This document shows, piece by piece, positions 1 to 10,655 of a DNA stretch of 64,000 bases (position 1 is the stretch's first letter; the number at the start of each line of letters is the position of its first letter). The position numbers and the translations under genes are program-made. The stretch lies in the NCBI GenBank assembly GCA_018673485.1, contig JABHCP010000015.1, positions 25,529 through 89,528 of the forward strand, written 5' to 3'. This DNA is from Candidatus Uhrbacteria bacterium. GTDB taxonomy: Bacteria > Patescibacteriota > Patescibacteriia > UBA9934. The notes under the pieces are model-generated. The model did no database searches and was not told the DNA's origin. It saw nothing but the letters and a program-made list of their open reading frames with translations.

Positions 1-2295
1 TTTGCTGATGCTCGACGTGGTGAGGTTTTGGAGTACGTTAAGCAGAAGTACGGGGAAGATAAGGTTGCTGGGATTATTACTTTTGGAACAATGATGCCGC
101 GATTGGCAGTGCGTGATATGGCCCGTGTTTTGGGGCTTGAGTATGAAGAGGCTGATTTGATCGCGCGGTGCATCCCAGAGCCAGTGCAGGGCCGTCACAC
201 GCCGTTGAAGGTAGCTGAGGTGGAGCATGCTGAGCTTCGGGATCTGCTTAAATCAAATCCAATGGCTCGCAAGGTTATTGATTTAGCAAAGAAGGTTGAG
301 GGTAATCCGCGTCACACATCGCAACACGCCTGTGGAATTGTGATTGGAGACGTACCGCTTGTTGAGAGGATCGCGCTTAAGGAAGGTCAAAAGGAGGACA
401 TGGCTTATGTATCTCAGTTTTCTTTGGACTCAGCCGAGGCTGCTGGTTTGGTGAAAATGGATTTCTTAGGGCTATCAAACCTAACCATTATTCAAGACGC
501 GCTCGAGATCATCAAGGCGGTTCACGATGTGGATATCGATATTGAGAATGTTCCGCTTGATGATGAGCAGACCTTTGAGCTTTTAGGACGCGGTGAGACG
601 ACCGGTGTATTCCAGCTTGAGTCAGATGGAATGAAGCGCTACATTCGTGATCTTCAACCAACTCAGTTTGAGGACATTATTGCGATGGTTTCATTGTATC
701 GCCCTGGGCCGATGCAGTTTATTGAAAGCTTTATTAAAAGAAAGCACGGTAAGGAAAAGATCACGTATGAGCATCCGCTCATGGAAAATGCTTTCCGTGA
801 GACATATGGAATTCCGGTTTATCAGGAGCAGGTGATGCAAGTCTCCAAAGACATGGCGGGATTTACTGGAGGAAAAGCTGACACATTGCGAAAGGCGATG
901 GGAAAGAAGATCGTAGAGTTGATGGCCAAGATGCGGATTGAGTTCATTGATGGTGCTGTAGAGAAGGGGGTTCAAAAAAAGATTGCTGAGAAGGTGTTCC
1001 AAAAACTAGAAGACTTTGCCGCGTATGGATTTAACAAGTCTCACGCCGCATGTTACGCGATGATTGCTTATCGCACAGCTTATTTGAAGGCGCGCTATCC
1101 GTCTGAGTTTATGGCTGCGGTTATGAATTCGGATATTGGTACAATCGAGCGGATTACTATTGAGGTTGAGGAGTGTAAGCGAATGGGGATCGAGGTGCTG
1201 GCACCTGACGTTAATGAGTCATACCCTGGTTTCGCGGTTGTGCCTGGAACTGGAAACATTCGTTGGGGGTTAGCTGCAATTAAAAATTTTGGATACGAGA
1301 TCGGTAAAGCAATTCAGCTTGAGCGAAAGGAAAACGGTCAGTATGAGGACTTAGCTGACTTTGTTGCGCGCGTTCCTTCTAAGTATTTTAATAAAAAAGG
1401 GTTGGAGTCATTGATTAAAGCCGGTGCGCTTGATCGTTTTGCAGACCGTGGGCAGTTGGTGTCGAATATGGATCAGTTATTGCTTTTAAATAAGCAATCG
1501 CAAAGAGACAAGGAGCAGAATCAGGTTTCTATGTTTGATTTTGCGCCAGATGTTGCTGAGCAGAAGATTACGCTTAGGCCTTCACCACCACTGACAAAGG
1601 AGCAGATTTTGGACTGGGAACGAGAGTTGCTTGGTATTTATATTTCAGATCATCCGGCAAAGATTATTAAGGAAAAGATTGGTGACTTGGTGGTGATGAC
1701 AAATCAGATACCGGACAAGCAAAAAGACGATCTTGTGCGCATGGCTGGTGTAATTGTTGGTGTACGCAAAATTTTAACAAAGAAAAAACAGGAGCCAATG
1801 GCATTTGTGAGGTTTGAAGATGCTAGCGGACCTATCGATATTGTAGTTTTTCCTAAACTTTATAAAACAGTCGCGCATTGGCTTGATGCGGGAAAGATGG
1901 TGTTGATTGACGGAAAGGTGTCGATTCGTATTTGGGATGAACGAGAAGAGTATTCGGTGTTAGCTGATAAGATTAATGTCTTCACCGAAAAGGATTTCGA
2001 CGAGGTCGTGGTTCACCTTAGGCAAGGATCGTTGTGGGACGGTAAAGAAAATAATGGGTCCGTAGAAGAAGAGGAGGACAACGGAGTATATATCACGGTT
2101 CCTGAGAGCCCAGATCACAATATGATCGTTGAGCTTAGGGCATTACTTAAAGACAGTCCTGGCCGTGAGCAGGTTTACTTATTGGTTGAGTCAGGGAGCG
2201 AGGTGAAAAAGGTCTCAACTGAATATTCAGTAACTAAGGACAGACAGTTGCTTGAGCGGATTGCAGAGATTGTCGGTCCGGGCAATGTGCGATAA
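1..2295 (+). CDS. dnaE: DNA polymerase III alpha subunit, 5'-truncated by the window edge
   Basis: Motifs HACG, KMDFLGL, GVFQLES, LYRPGP, YQEQVM, YGFNKSH and a C-terminal OB fold; frame open from the window start. Confidence 0.97.
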   Translation, partial: FADARRGEVLEYVKQKYGEDKVAGIITFGTMMPRLAVRDMARVLGLEYEEADLIARCIPEPVQGRHTPLKVAEVEHAELRDLLKSNPMARKVIDLAKKVEGNPRHTSQHACGIVIGDVPLVERIALKEGQKEDMAYVSQFSLDSAEAAGLVKMDFLGLSNLTIIQDALEIIKAVHDVDIDIENVPLDDEQTFELLGRGETTGVFQLESDGMKRYIRDLQPTQFEDIIAMVSLYRPGPMQFIESFIKRKHGKEKITYEHPLMENAFRETYGIPVYQEQVMQVSKDMAGFTGGKADTLRKAMGKKIVELMAKMRIEFIDGAVEKGVQKKIAEKVFQKLEDFAAYGFNKSHAACYAMIAYRTAYLKARYPSEFMAAVMNSDIGTIERITIEVEECKRMGIEVLAPDVNESYPGFAVVPGTGNIRWGLAAIKNFGYEIGKAIQLERKENGQYEDLADFVARVPSKYFNKKGLESLIKAGALDRFADRGQLVSNMDQLLLLNKQSQRDKEQNQVSMFDFAPDVAEQKITLRPSPPLTKEQILDWERELLGIYISDHPAKIIKEKIGDLVVMTNQIPDKQKDDLVRMAGVIVGVRKILTKKKQEPMAFVRFEDASGPIDIVVFPKLYKTVAHWLDAGKMVLIDGKVSIRIWDEREEYSVLADKINVFTEKDFDEVVVHLRQGSLWDGKENNGSVEEEEDNGVYITVPESPDHNMIVELRALLKDSPGREQVYLLVESGSEVKKVSTEYSVTKDRQLLERIAEIVGPGNVR

Positions 2296-2340
2296 AATGT
2301 GTATATCAACCTAGGAGGCTTGAACAATAAAAGTATTCAT

Positions 2341-3486
2341 ATGACTGCCAAAACATCAGGAAAGCCACTTTCACGATCATTGAGGATTTATCAAAAGATT
2401 GCTATAGCATTTGTGATCGTTTCGTTCATTTTGCTACTTTTTGTTCTCTATCTTTCAATATCTTCAGCAACAATTAGAATCACCCCAGTTCCACAAGTAG
2501 CGAGCTCAAATTTTTCTGTTGAAGTAGTTCCTGAGGCTTTGCAAGAAGGGCAGATTAGCGGATATGTGTTAAATGCAGATTTTCAGAAAGCTCAAGAGTT
2601 CTATCTTCCAGAAGAGGGAGCTGATCCAGTTGAGGGTAGCGCTGGCGGGATTGTAACTTTAATAAACGAGACTTCAAATGATCAGGCATTAGTAGCTACA
2701 ACTCGAGTACTTTCAGAAGAAGGTATTTTGTTCAGGCTCGATGAGGCAATATCGGTACCAGCTGGCGGACAGGTTGATGCGATTGTTCACGCAGATGAGA
2801 CGGGGTTGGCTGGCGAGGTTGGTCCAACACAGTTCACGATCCCGGGACTTTCACTGTCATTGCAAGATGTTATTTACGCAGTGAGTATCGATTCAATGAC
2901 GGGCGGAGTTAAGTACGTGCGCGTGCTAACTGATTCTGATTTAGAGGATGCCGCTGCAACGCTGGAGGCTGAGATATTGGAAGGTGCGAAAACAGAGCTT
3001 GCAGAGCTCGTAGACGTAGATGAGTTTGACGGAGTAACTTATCTTATTGAAGAGATCGAGCGAGTGGTAGATCAGGAGCTTGGAGTTGAAGTAGGATCGT
3101 TCACCGCTTCGCTGACACTAAGCGTGACGGCCGTATATTACAGCGGTGAGGCATTGCAGGATTATGCAGTAGCCGATTTACAATCAAGAATTTCTGAAAA
3201 TTATGACTTAGCGCAAGTTAGCGAAGACGGAGCTCAGGTCGAAATCCGTTCAGCTGACATAGAGAGTGAAGAGGCAACGTTGAACGTATATATTGATGGA
3301 ACTGCAGTTATATCATCATCGAGTGATGTGCTCGATAAAGATCGACTGGTAGGCCGATCGCCAAGCGAGGTAATAACAATTTTGCAGGCCTCAGAGCTCA
3401 TTGAGGACGTATCGGTAGCATTCACTCCGTTCTGGTTGAAGCGTGTGCCAACGCTCAAGGATCATATTAAGATTATAATTGATTAA
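2341..3486 (+). CDS. Membrane-anchored protein with baseplate J-like domain (CPR-typical)
   Basis: One N-terminal TM helix; G-x-V-T-L-I-N...Q-x-LVATTR...FRL...F-T-I-P-G-L pattern; C-terminal PFW-x-KRVP. Confidence 0.6.
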   Translation: MTAKTSGKPLSRSLRIYQKIAIAFVIVSFILLLFVLYLSISSATIRITPVPQVASSNFSVEVVPEALQEGQISGYVLNADFQKAQEFYLPEEGADPVEGSAGGIVTLINETSNDQALVATTRVLSEEGILFRLDEAISVPAGGQVDAIVHADETGLAGEVGPTQFTIPGLSLSLQDVIYAVSIDSMTGGVKYVRVLTDSDLEDAAATLEAEILEGAKTELAELVDVDEFDGVTYLIEEIERVVDQELGVEVGSFTASLTLSVTAVYYSGEALQDYAVADLQSRISENYDLAQVSEDGAQVEIRSADIESEEATLNVYIDGTAVISSSSDVLDKDRLVGRSPSEVITILQASELIEDVSVAFTPFWLKRVPTLKDHIKIIID

Positions 3487-3503
3487 TTAGTAATAAATTT
3501 TGT

Positions 3504-3887
3504 ATGGGAACAGGAGATGTTCGAACGAGTTATGAACCTAGAGTGGAATCTAGCGGTGGTGGTATGTGGGATGCGACTCCCGAAGTTGGTTCGCTCACTA
3601 GAGATCAGGTTGAGGCAGTTTACAGTGGAGACACCACTGTCGTGTTGGATAAATTTAAAGAAATGACACCAGAGGTAAGAGACAGAGCGATAATTGGGCT
3701 CAGTACAGACATATCAGAGGCTATTATGGGATTGTGCGAAATGACAGCTGCTCTTGAAAGTTTCAGTGATCCAGAAAATGAAAAGTTGGTCCGTCAAGCA
3801 CTTGATAGTATTGATAAACTTTCAGCGTTAGATAATGAAGCTATGGGCCTTTTTGAAGGTGCAGGCTTTGACATGGGAGACGAGTAA
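3504..3887 (+). CDS. Hypothetical acidic protein
   Basis: 127-aa ORF, same strand as neighbours, ATG after AT-rich spacer. Confidence 0.6.
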   Translation: MGTGDVRTSYEPRVESSGGGMWDATPEVGSLTRDQVEAVYSGDTTVVLDKFKEMTPEVRDRAIIGLSTDISEAIMGLCEMTAALESFSDPENEKLVRQALDSIDKLSALDNEAMGLFEGAGFDMGDE

Positions 3888-3903
3888 AGATTTTGTGTAA
3901 TTT

Positions 3904-3931
3904 AAAGCCTGGCTTTACAAGGTCAGGCTTT
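3904..3931. repeat. Short palindromic repeat, family C (AAAGCCTGGCTTT-type)
   Basis: aaagcctggctttacaaggtcaggcttt; related copies at 15950-15977 and 23883-23910. Confidence 0.75.
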
Positions 3932-3949
3932 GTGATTTAGATGAGCAAC

Positions 3950-3979
3950 TTGAACACTTTGAACCTTTTGGTGTACTAT
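3950..3979 (+). promoter_or_regulatory. Putative sigma70 promoter of the thrS leader
   Basis: TTGAAC-18 nt-TACTAT, ending 9 nt before T-box Stem I. Confidence 0.55.
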
Positions 3980-3987
3980 ATATCTAC

Positions 3988-4158
3988 GCAATGAAGAGGC
4001 TTCACTAACCTTTGAGCTGTGGTTCTACAGCGCTTCTGTAGAGAAAAGAGATGCTCTTAATCGAGACTGGTTAAGTAGCAAGCTCGGGTGGAACCGTTTC
4101 GATCGTTTGATCGGAGCCCCGGGGCTGGTCTATATGGATCAGGCTCGGTTATTTATTT
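3988..4158 (+). promoter_or_regulatory. T-box riboswitch (Thr), transcriptional, ultrashort Stem I
   Basis: K-turn GCAAUGA...GAGC with 9-nt loop holding ACU; T-box GGG-UGGAACC-G at 4086-4096; antiterminator 4083-4123 overlaps terminator 4119-4158; upstream of thrS. Confidence 0.88.
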
Positions 4159-4192
4159 GTCCAATCACTCGGCGTTGCCTTTGCTTGTTGAA

Positions 4193-4251
4193 AATGTTTA
4201 AGTTGTTTATTTCGAAATAAACACTTTAAGCATTTTAGACAATTTAAACAT
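4193..4251. repeat. 9-bp periodic inverted repeat, family D (TTTAAACA/TGTTTAA)
   Basis: aatgtttaagttgtttatttcgaaataaacactttaagcattttagacaatttaaacat; near-identical elements at 60605-60668 and 63918-63993. Confidence 0.75.
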
Positions 4252-4254
4252 CCT

Positions 4255-6069
4255 ATGAACAAAGAAGAACTACAAAAAATGAGACATAGTTGTGCGCATT
4301 TGCTTGCTGCGGCTGTGCAAAAAATGTATCCAGACGCAAAGTTTGGAGTTGGTCCCGCGGTGGATAACGGATTTTATTATGATATTTCATTACCTCAGAC
4401 GATTTCTGAATCTGACTTGAAGTCGATCGAGAAAACGATGAAAAAACTCACCAACCATAAGTTGGAGATGGTGCGTGAGGAAATGTCGCTTGATGATGCT
4501 GTTAAGTTTTTCCAAGATAAGGATCAAGATTTTAAAGTTGAGCTTCTTAAAGATCTTAAAGAACGTGGAACTACAAAAGTGGGTGAGGACTTATCAGATG
4601 AGGTTGACCTTGAGAACCCTGATCAAGTGTCGATTTATCACACTGGTGAGTTTGCTGATTTGTGTCGTGGTCCGCATGTTGATCACATTGGTGAGACGGG
4701 AGTCTTTAAGCTTATCAAGGTAGCAGGTGCTTATTGGCGCGGTGATGATAGTAAAGCACAGATGCAGCGTATTTATGGAGTGTGCTTTACAACCAAGGAG
4801 GAGCTTAGTGAATACCAGGCAATGATTGAGGAAGCGAAGAAGCGTGATCATAGAAAAATAATTAAGGATTTGGATTTGGTCACATTTTCAGAGCTCGTAG
4901 GTCCTGGTCTGCCACTTTGGACTCCAAGAGGAACTATTGTGCGAAATGCACTTAATGATTTTGTATGGAGCCTCAGAAAACAGTATGGATATGAGGAGGT
5001 TACCATTCCACATATTACTAAAAAAGATTTGTACGAAACTAGTGGGCATTGGGAGAAATTTAAAGACGATCTTTTCAAGATTGTTACCCGTGAAGGTCAT
5101 GAGTTTGCAATGAAGCCAATGAACTGCCCGCATCACACTCAGATTTTTGCCGCTCAACAACGTAGTTATCGCGATTTACCACAGCGCTATGCAGAGACAA
5201 CGATGGTTTATCGTGACGAGCAGACAGGTGAGCTGTCAGGTTTATCTCGAGTTCGGAGTATCACACAAGATGATGCACATGTATTTTGCAGAGAGTCACA
5301 GGTTCGCACTGAGGCGTTTAAAATTTGGAATATCGTTGAAGCATTTTATGGACAGTTCGGTTTTGATCTTCGTATTCGTCTCTCTGCTCACGATCCAGAA
5401 AACATGAAAGCTTACTTGGGTTCAGTAGAGCAGTGGGATAATAATGTCGAGATTCTTAAAACTTGGATGGATGAACGTGGTACTAAGGATTATGAGTATG
5501 GAGTAGGTGAGGCTGCCTTCTATGGTCCAAAGGTAGACTTCATCGCTAAAGATGCGATCGGTCGTGAGTGGCAGGTAGCAACAATCCAGGTTGATCGGCA
5601 TATGCCAGAGAGGTTTGGTCTGAAGTGTATTAACGAAGATGGAGCAGAGGAGCCTGTTGTTATGGTGCACGCTGCGATCATGGGAGCGATCGAGAGATTT
5701 GCTGCAGTGCTAATCGAACACACTGCCGGGTCGTTACCAATGTGGGCAATGCCAGAGCAAGTTCGATTGGTGCCAGTTAGTGATGACTTTGTTAAGTACG
5801 CAAGCGAGATTGAGCGCCAGCTTAAGGAAGTTGATGTACGCGTGATGATTGACGCTAGCGCTGAGGGAGTCGGTAAAAAGATTCGCAAAGCAGCAATGGA
5901 GAAGGTGCCGTGGACTGTAGTCATTGGAGAAAAGGAAGAGCAGGGAGGTAGCTTTGTGGTGAATGTGTTTGGAGACGAGAAGGACCTAGGTATTGCTCAA
6001 GATGTATTCGTAGATGAGGTCTTGAAATGCTCAAAAATACCACAAGTAGATTTGCCCGAAGTCGAATAG
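4255..6069 (+). CDS. thrS: Threonyl-tRNA synthetase (no N-terminal TGS domain)
   Basis: RHSCAH, DLCRGPH, GAYWRGD, KPMNCP, QDDAH, AFYGPK, VHAAIMG motifs. Confidence 0.98.
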   Translation: MNKEELQKMRHSCAHLLAAAVQKMYPDAKFGVGPAVDNGFYYDISLPQTISESDLKSIEKTMKKLTNHKLEMVREEMSLDDAVKFFQDKDQDFKVELLKDLKERGTTKVGEDLSDEVDLENPDQVSIYHTGEFADLCRGPHVDHIGETGVFKLIKVAGAYWRGDDSKAQMQRIYGVCFTTKEELSEYQAMIEEAKKRDHRKIIKDLDLVTFSELVGPGLPLWTPRGTIVRNALNDFVWSLRKQYGYEEVTIPHITKKDLYETSGHWEKFKDDLFKIVTREGHEFAMKPMNCPHHTQIFAAQQRSYRDLPQRYAETTMVYRDEQTGELSGLSRVRSITQDDAHVFCRESQVRTEAFKIWNIVEAFYGQFGFDLRIRLSAHDPENMKAYLGSVEQWDNNVEILKTWMDERGTKDYEYGVGEAAFYGPKVDFIAKDAIGREWQVATIQVDRHMPERFGLKCINEDGAEEPVVMVHAAIMGAIERFAAVLIEHTAGSLPMWAMPEQVRLVPVSDDFVKYASEIERQLKEVDVRVMIDASAEGVGKKIRKAAMEKVPWTVVIGEKEEQGGSFVVNVFGDEKDLGIAQDVFVDEVLKCSKIPQVDLPEVE

Positions 6070-6077
6070 TTGACATT

Positions 6078-6108
6078 GAAATCCCCTCGAGCAATCGAGG
6101 GGTTTTTG
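6078..6108 (+). terminator. Intrinsic terminator after thrS
   Basis: CCCCTCGA-gcaa-TCGAGGGG followed by T5. Confidence 0.85.
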
Positions 6109-6121
6109 TATCCATCACTCT

Positions 6122-6222
6122 CTTCCATCTCGAGGAGTGTACGACGAGAGATCTGCTCAGTTCGAAAAGATCTCTCCCCATCGACAAGCTCAGGATCTAA
6201 CAACTGGACGTCGAGATGGAAG
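6122..6222. repeat. Long imperfect palindrome, family A (REP/RPE-like)
   Basis: Outer arms CTTCCATCTCGA / TCGAGATGGAAG, inner GAGAGATCT / AGATCTCTC. Confidence 0.7.
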
Positions 6223-6298
6223 TTCTGGCAGGGGTTTTTCTATCCCCATGGTTGTTTTTTAGCACTCTGCGATGATATAATATAACCACAATTCAAAC

Positions 6299-9200
6299 AT
6301 GAAAAATATGAAGACAAGATCACTTGCCTTATTGCTTTGTAATGTTTCAATCATTGCAATGGTTTTGGTTCCATTCACCTTTATGGTGCATGTTCCAGAG
6401 GCACAAGCTGCAACCATAACCGCATACTGTGATGGTACGGCAGCTTCTCCGGTTGTGCCAACAGATGCACCAGGTGGTTCCGAGCTTGATGAAGGATCCT
6501 GGACAACATCGGACAACGTAACTTTCCTAAATGGAAACAATGATGGGTACTGTGTTTTAGATAAAGAAATAGATGTAGCGTCAGTTACAATCGGTAACGG
6601 CCTAGCAGATGGATTTGACTATGCATTCCTAACTCACGCTGCAGCAGGTTGGGACAACGATCCCACTGGAGGTTTCGATATGCAGGGGGTGCTTATATCT
6701 ACATCGGGTAATTTTACAATTTATGCCGGTAACGGGATTAGTGCAGATAGTAAGGGGTGTGTAGGTGCTGGGACTTATAATGGCTATGGTCCAAATGGAT
6801 CAAATGTTTGTACATTGGGTGCAACTGGCTATGGTCCCGGTTTTAACTCTACTGGTAAAGGAGTTGCAGGTGCTGGTCATGGAGGAGCTGGTGGTGCTGG
6901 ATCGAGTGCAAACGGGACTGGAGCGTATTATGGATCTAATACAGCACCTATATTATTCGGCTCTTCTGGAGGAAATGTAACTTCAGCGGCATTGGGAGGC
7001 TCTGGAGGAGGACTTGTCAGGCTAGATGTTTCAGGAAGTTTCACACACAACGGATCTATTACGGCAGATGGCGGAGATGGTGGCGTGGTTGATGTTGGAG
7101 ATAAGGCTGCAGGTGGAGGATCTGGAGGATCTATTTATGTGACTGTTGTGGGGGCATTTGCTGGTAGTACAGGAACATTCTCTGCAGATGGTGGCGCTGG
7201 TGCTAATGATGATGCTCAAGATGGTGGTGGAGGTGGAGGAGGACGTGTTTCACTTAACTATGGATCCAGTACTTTTTCTGGATTGGGAAGTGAAGATTTT
7301 ACTGTAACGGGTGGAACAGCTACAGGTACAGCGGTAGCTGGTGACCTTGGAACTGTTTATGTAAAAGATACAACTGCAAGTGCAGTAACTATCTATCATG
7401 GGTTTACGTATGATTCAGATTTTAGTGAGACGACTTGGACCGTGGATTCATCTGCTACGGGTCAATACTGCGATGGTGCTTCAGATGCAACACCTTCGAT
7501 TACAGTCTCAGGAGCCCTTACTCTTGCAGGTACTTTAGACTGTACACACGCATCTGTCACAGGTTTTGACACCGCTGCAGGTACTAGTGTTACTTTGAGC
7601 AGTCTTACTTATACAATGAATGCTACAGCTGCAGGGGGAGTCCCCAGATATTTGGACAATGAATGACGCTGTGCCAGTTACGCTTGCAAGCTCTACAATA
7701 AATTCAAATGTTCAATGGACGAACATGACTACTCTTTCCATTGATGCTAGTTCAACTATTAATGCAAATGAAAGAGGTTGTGTAAGTGCTGGGACTTATA
7801 ATGGTTATGGTCCAGATGGATCAAATGTTTGTACACTAAGCACAGCTGGATATGGTGCCGGTTTTAACGCTACTAGTAAAGGAGTCGAAGGTGCTGGTCA
7901 TGGAGGAACCGGTGGTGCCGGATCGACTACAAGCGGGGCTGGAGCTACTTATGGATCTAATACAGCACCTGTATTACTTGGATCTTCTGGAGGAAATGTA
8001 ACTGCAGCGGCATTGGGAGGTTCTGGAGGAGGACTTGTTAGGTTGGATGTTTCGGGAAGTTTCACACACAATGGATCTATTACGGCAGATGGTGGGGATG
8101 GTGGCGTGGTTGATACTGGTGATAAGGCTGCAGGTGGAGGATCTGGAGGATCTATTTATGTAACGGCTGGTTCAGTTATCGAAGGTGGTGGCGCAACAGG
8201 AACATTTTCTGCAGATGGTGGTGCTGGTGCTAATGACAATGTCACAGATGGAGGTGGAGGTGGAGGAGGACGTGTTCGTGTAGGATATGGAGCGGATGCA
8301 GACTCTCTCGTAGCTGGACTCTCGGCAGGTGGCGTGGCGGCTGGTGGTGCAGCTACAGGCACAGCAGTAGCAGGTTCAACGGGAACCCTTTCAACCGCTG
8401 ATATATACGGCCCATCAATCTCAACAGCCGTAACAAATGACGCAGACGCAGACGGTCAGATAGATACTATTGTCCTAACACTCTCAGAAGACGTAACAGG
8501 CGGCACAGTCGCCGGTGCTGACTTTACATTGTCAGATAGTTATACGGTGGCCTCAGCCTCGCGTACGGCAGATTCACAAATTACAATTGTTGTTACAGAA
8601 AAGAGCAACGATGGTGACACAGAAGTCGTTCCAACAGTAACCATCGCCGGCTCTATTGACGACACTTCAGCAAACTCAACAACGTCAGGCTCAAAAGCAT
8701 CAACAGACGGAGCTAAGCCTCGCATTAGTGCAATCAAGTACAGAGACCAAGATGCCGATGGAAAGATAGATGTGGTTACATTAAACTTTTCAGAATCCCT
8801 TGACGCAGCGTCAAGCATATCTCAAAATGATCTACTCGTTTATGCTGTAGGAGATTTCACAGGAGCGGCGTTTAATAGTGAAACAAATGATCTCTTCATG
8901 TCTCCAGACTGGACCATTCAGATTCCTTTGGCTACCGAAGCGACCGTGGTAGATACTAAGGATGATTCCGGCACCTTCGAGATTCGTCCACAAAAGTCTT
9001 TCTCAATCACAGACGGAACAAATACAAACACAGACACAGGTGAGCTTACACACATCTCTCCTGGAAGCTATGGAGACGAGGCCCAGCCTGTTATTACCTC
9101 GATAGCACCAGCTGACGCCGAGACAAGTGTTTCGGCCTCAGAAGATATCGTTGTAGTATTTTCAGAAGCAATGAATACAGGCTCAACTACCTATACAATT

Positions 9201-10331
9201 ACAGCTGACCCTGGCGGAGCATCTGAAGCATGGACAGTGAGTGATACAACTCTTACTATTTCTCATGACCAATTCCAGGGTTCCACTGATTACATTTTTG
9301 AAGTAACAGCAGCACCCGACGTCGCAGCGAATGCTCTTGCAGGTACAGTCTCTGGAGTAACCAACCCCGCAACATTCTCCATAGCGTCCGCTGGAGGAGT
9401 ATCTGTCTCTTCATCTGCCCCAGACCCATCCATTGGTTCAGGCTCAGAGGACAATCCAGTAGATTCAATCTCAGAGTCCTCAAGTGCATCTGGAACATGC
9501 GAAGAAGGTTTCAACCCTGGAGAGAACATCGCCCTTGCATGGGCTTCAAACTCAAGCGTGAATCTCGTCAACTTATACTATTCGACAGACGATGGAGATT
9601 CTTACACGCTCATTGAAGGTCCAATAACCAACACAGAAAACTACACTTGGACAATCCCAACAGACATCGTAGGCTCAACATTGCAGTTTAAGATAGAAGG
9701 AACGGACTTAGCTGAGATCACTGCCACCTTCGAGACCGAGAGTTGCGCCCTCAACGGTGCGGACGACGGCACAGAGGATGATACGATCGAAGACCCAACC
9801 TCAGAGGTCACAGAGCCAACCACAGGCGAGCAAGGCTATTCACCAGTGACAGGAGAAGTCGAGGACATCTCAGTGACAGAGGTAGGAGATTACATCCGAT
9901 CATCTTACTTCAGCACTGTCTACTATCTCGACACTGACACAGAAACAAACGAGATAGTTCGACGTCCTTTCATGGACGCACAGACATTCTTTACATACCA
10001 AGATAATTTCGACAACGTAAAGACGGTTACGGATGCAACACTTACAACAATAACTCTAGGATATCCAATGCTACCCAATCCAGGAGTTGTACTCATTAAG
10101 ATCCAATCTGACCCTAAGGTATATGCAATAGACTCAGACGGAACCACTATCCGCTGGATAGCCTCAGAAGAGGTCGCAAACACACTCTACGGCGATGATT
10201 GGAGCCAATACATCATAGACATCGAAGCAACGTTCTTCCCGAGGTTTACGCAAGGAGGTGATGTTGACGAAGCCGATGATATCGATCTTATGGATAGGGT
10301 GATGAAGAGGAGAAGCGAGCTTTCACAATAA
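6299..10331 (+). CDS. Large secreted Gly-rich surface protein (duplicated Gly-rich module, Ig-like domains, C-terminal KIQS domain), split by a +1 frameshift near 7634-7638
   Basis: ORFs 6299-7666 and 7620-10331 join if G5 is read as G4; signal peptide only on the first; internal repeat copies offset by 1021 nt (3n+1). Confidence 0.8.
6755..8390 (+). repeat. Internal duplication of a ~600-nt Gly-rich module (about 6755-7340 and 7776-8390)
   Basis: Near-identical DNA, e.g. gctgggacttataatgg at 6767 and 7788; GLVRLDVSGSFTHNGSITADGGDGG present twice. Confidence 0.9.
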
Positions 10332-10339
10332 GATAAAAC

Positions 10340-10372
10340 AAAAAACTCAGTTCGATTGAACTGAGTTTTTTT
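10340..10372. terminator. Bidirectional intrinsic terminator
   Basis: A6-CTCAGTTC-gatt-GAACTGAG-T7 between convergent genes. Confidence 0.9.
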
Positions 10373-10378
10373 ATTGAA

Positions 10379-10537
10379 CTATTCTACTGTTGGAGTGTCC
10401 TCTCCTACAACAGGTACCTCTGGAGTCTCAGGTTCAGTTGTAGAATCAGTAGCTGGGTCCATTTCTTGCTTCTCATCACCACAGCAAGATCCGCTATCAT
10501 CGCAGCACTTGCCGAAAAGTTTGTTAAACCATGACAT
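10379..10537 (-). CDS. 52-aa small protein with two CC pairs and an acidic tail (not in ORF track)
   Basis: MSWFNKLFGKCCDDSGSCCGDEKQEMDPATDSTTEPETPEVPVVGEDTPTVE*; ends at the bidirectional terminator. Confidence 0.7.
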   Translation of the reverse strand: MSWFNKLFGKCCDDSGSCCGDEKQEMDPATDSTTEPETPEVPVVGEDTPTVE

Positions 10538-10655
10538 ATATAAAAACGTAAAGAATAATGTTCCTCCTAACTTCAGCTTACCTTGGTGGTACTAAGGCGT
10601 CAAAGTAGTTATCCATAGGGTTGATTAAAACACATTTTTTGGCTAGTATAAGCCC

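Noticed and set aside
6755-8390. Diversity-generating retroelement TR/VR pair
   Set aside because: Differences between copies are largely synonymous and not adenine-specific; both copies are coding; no reverse transcriptase nearby
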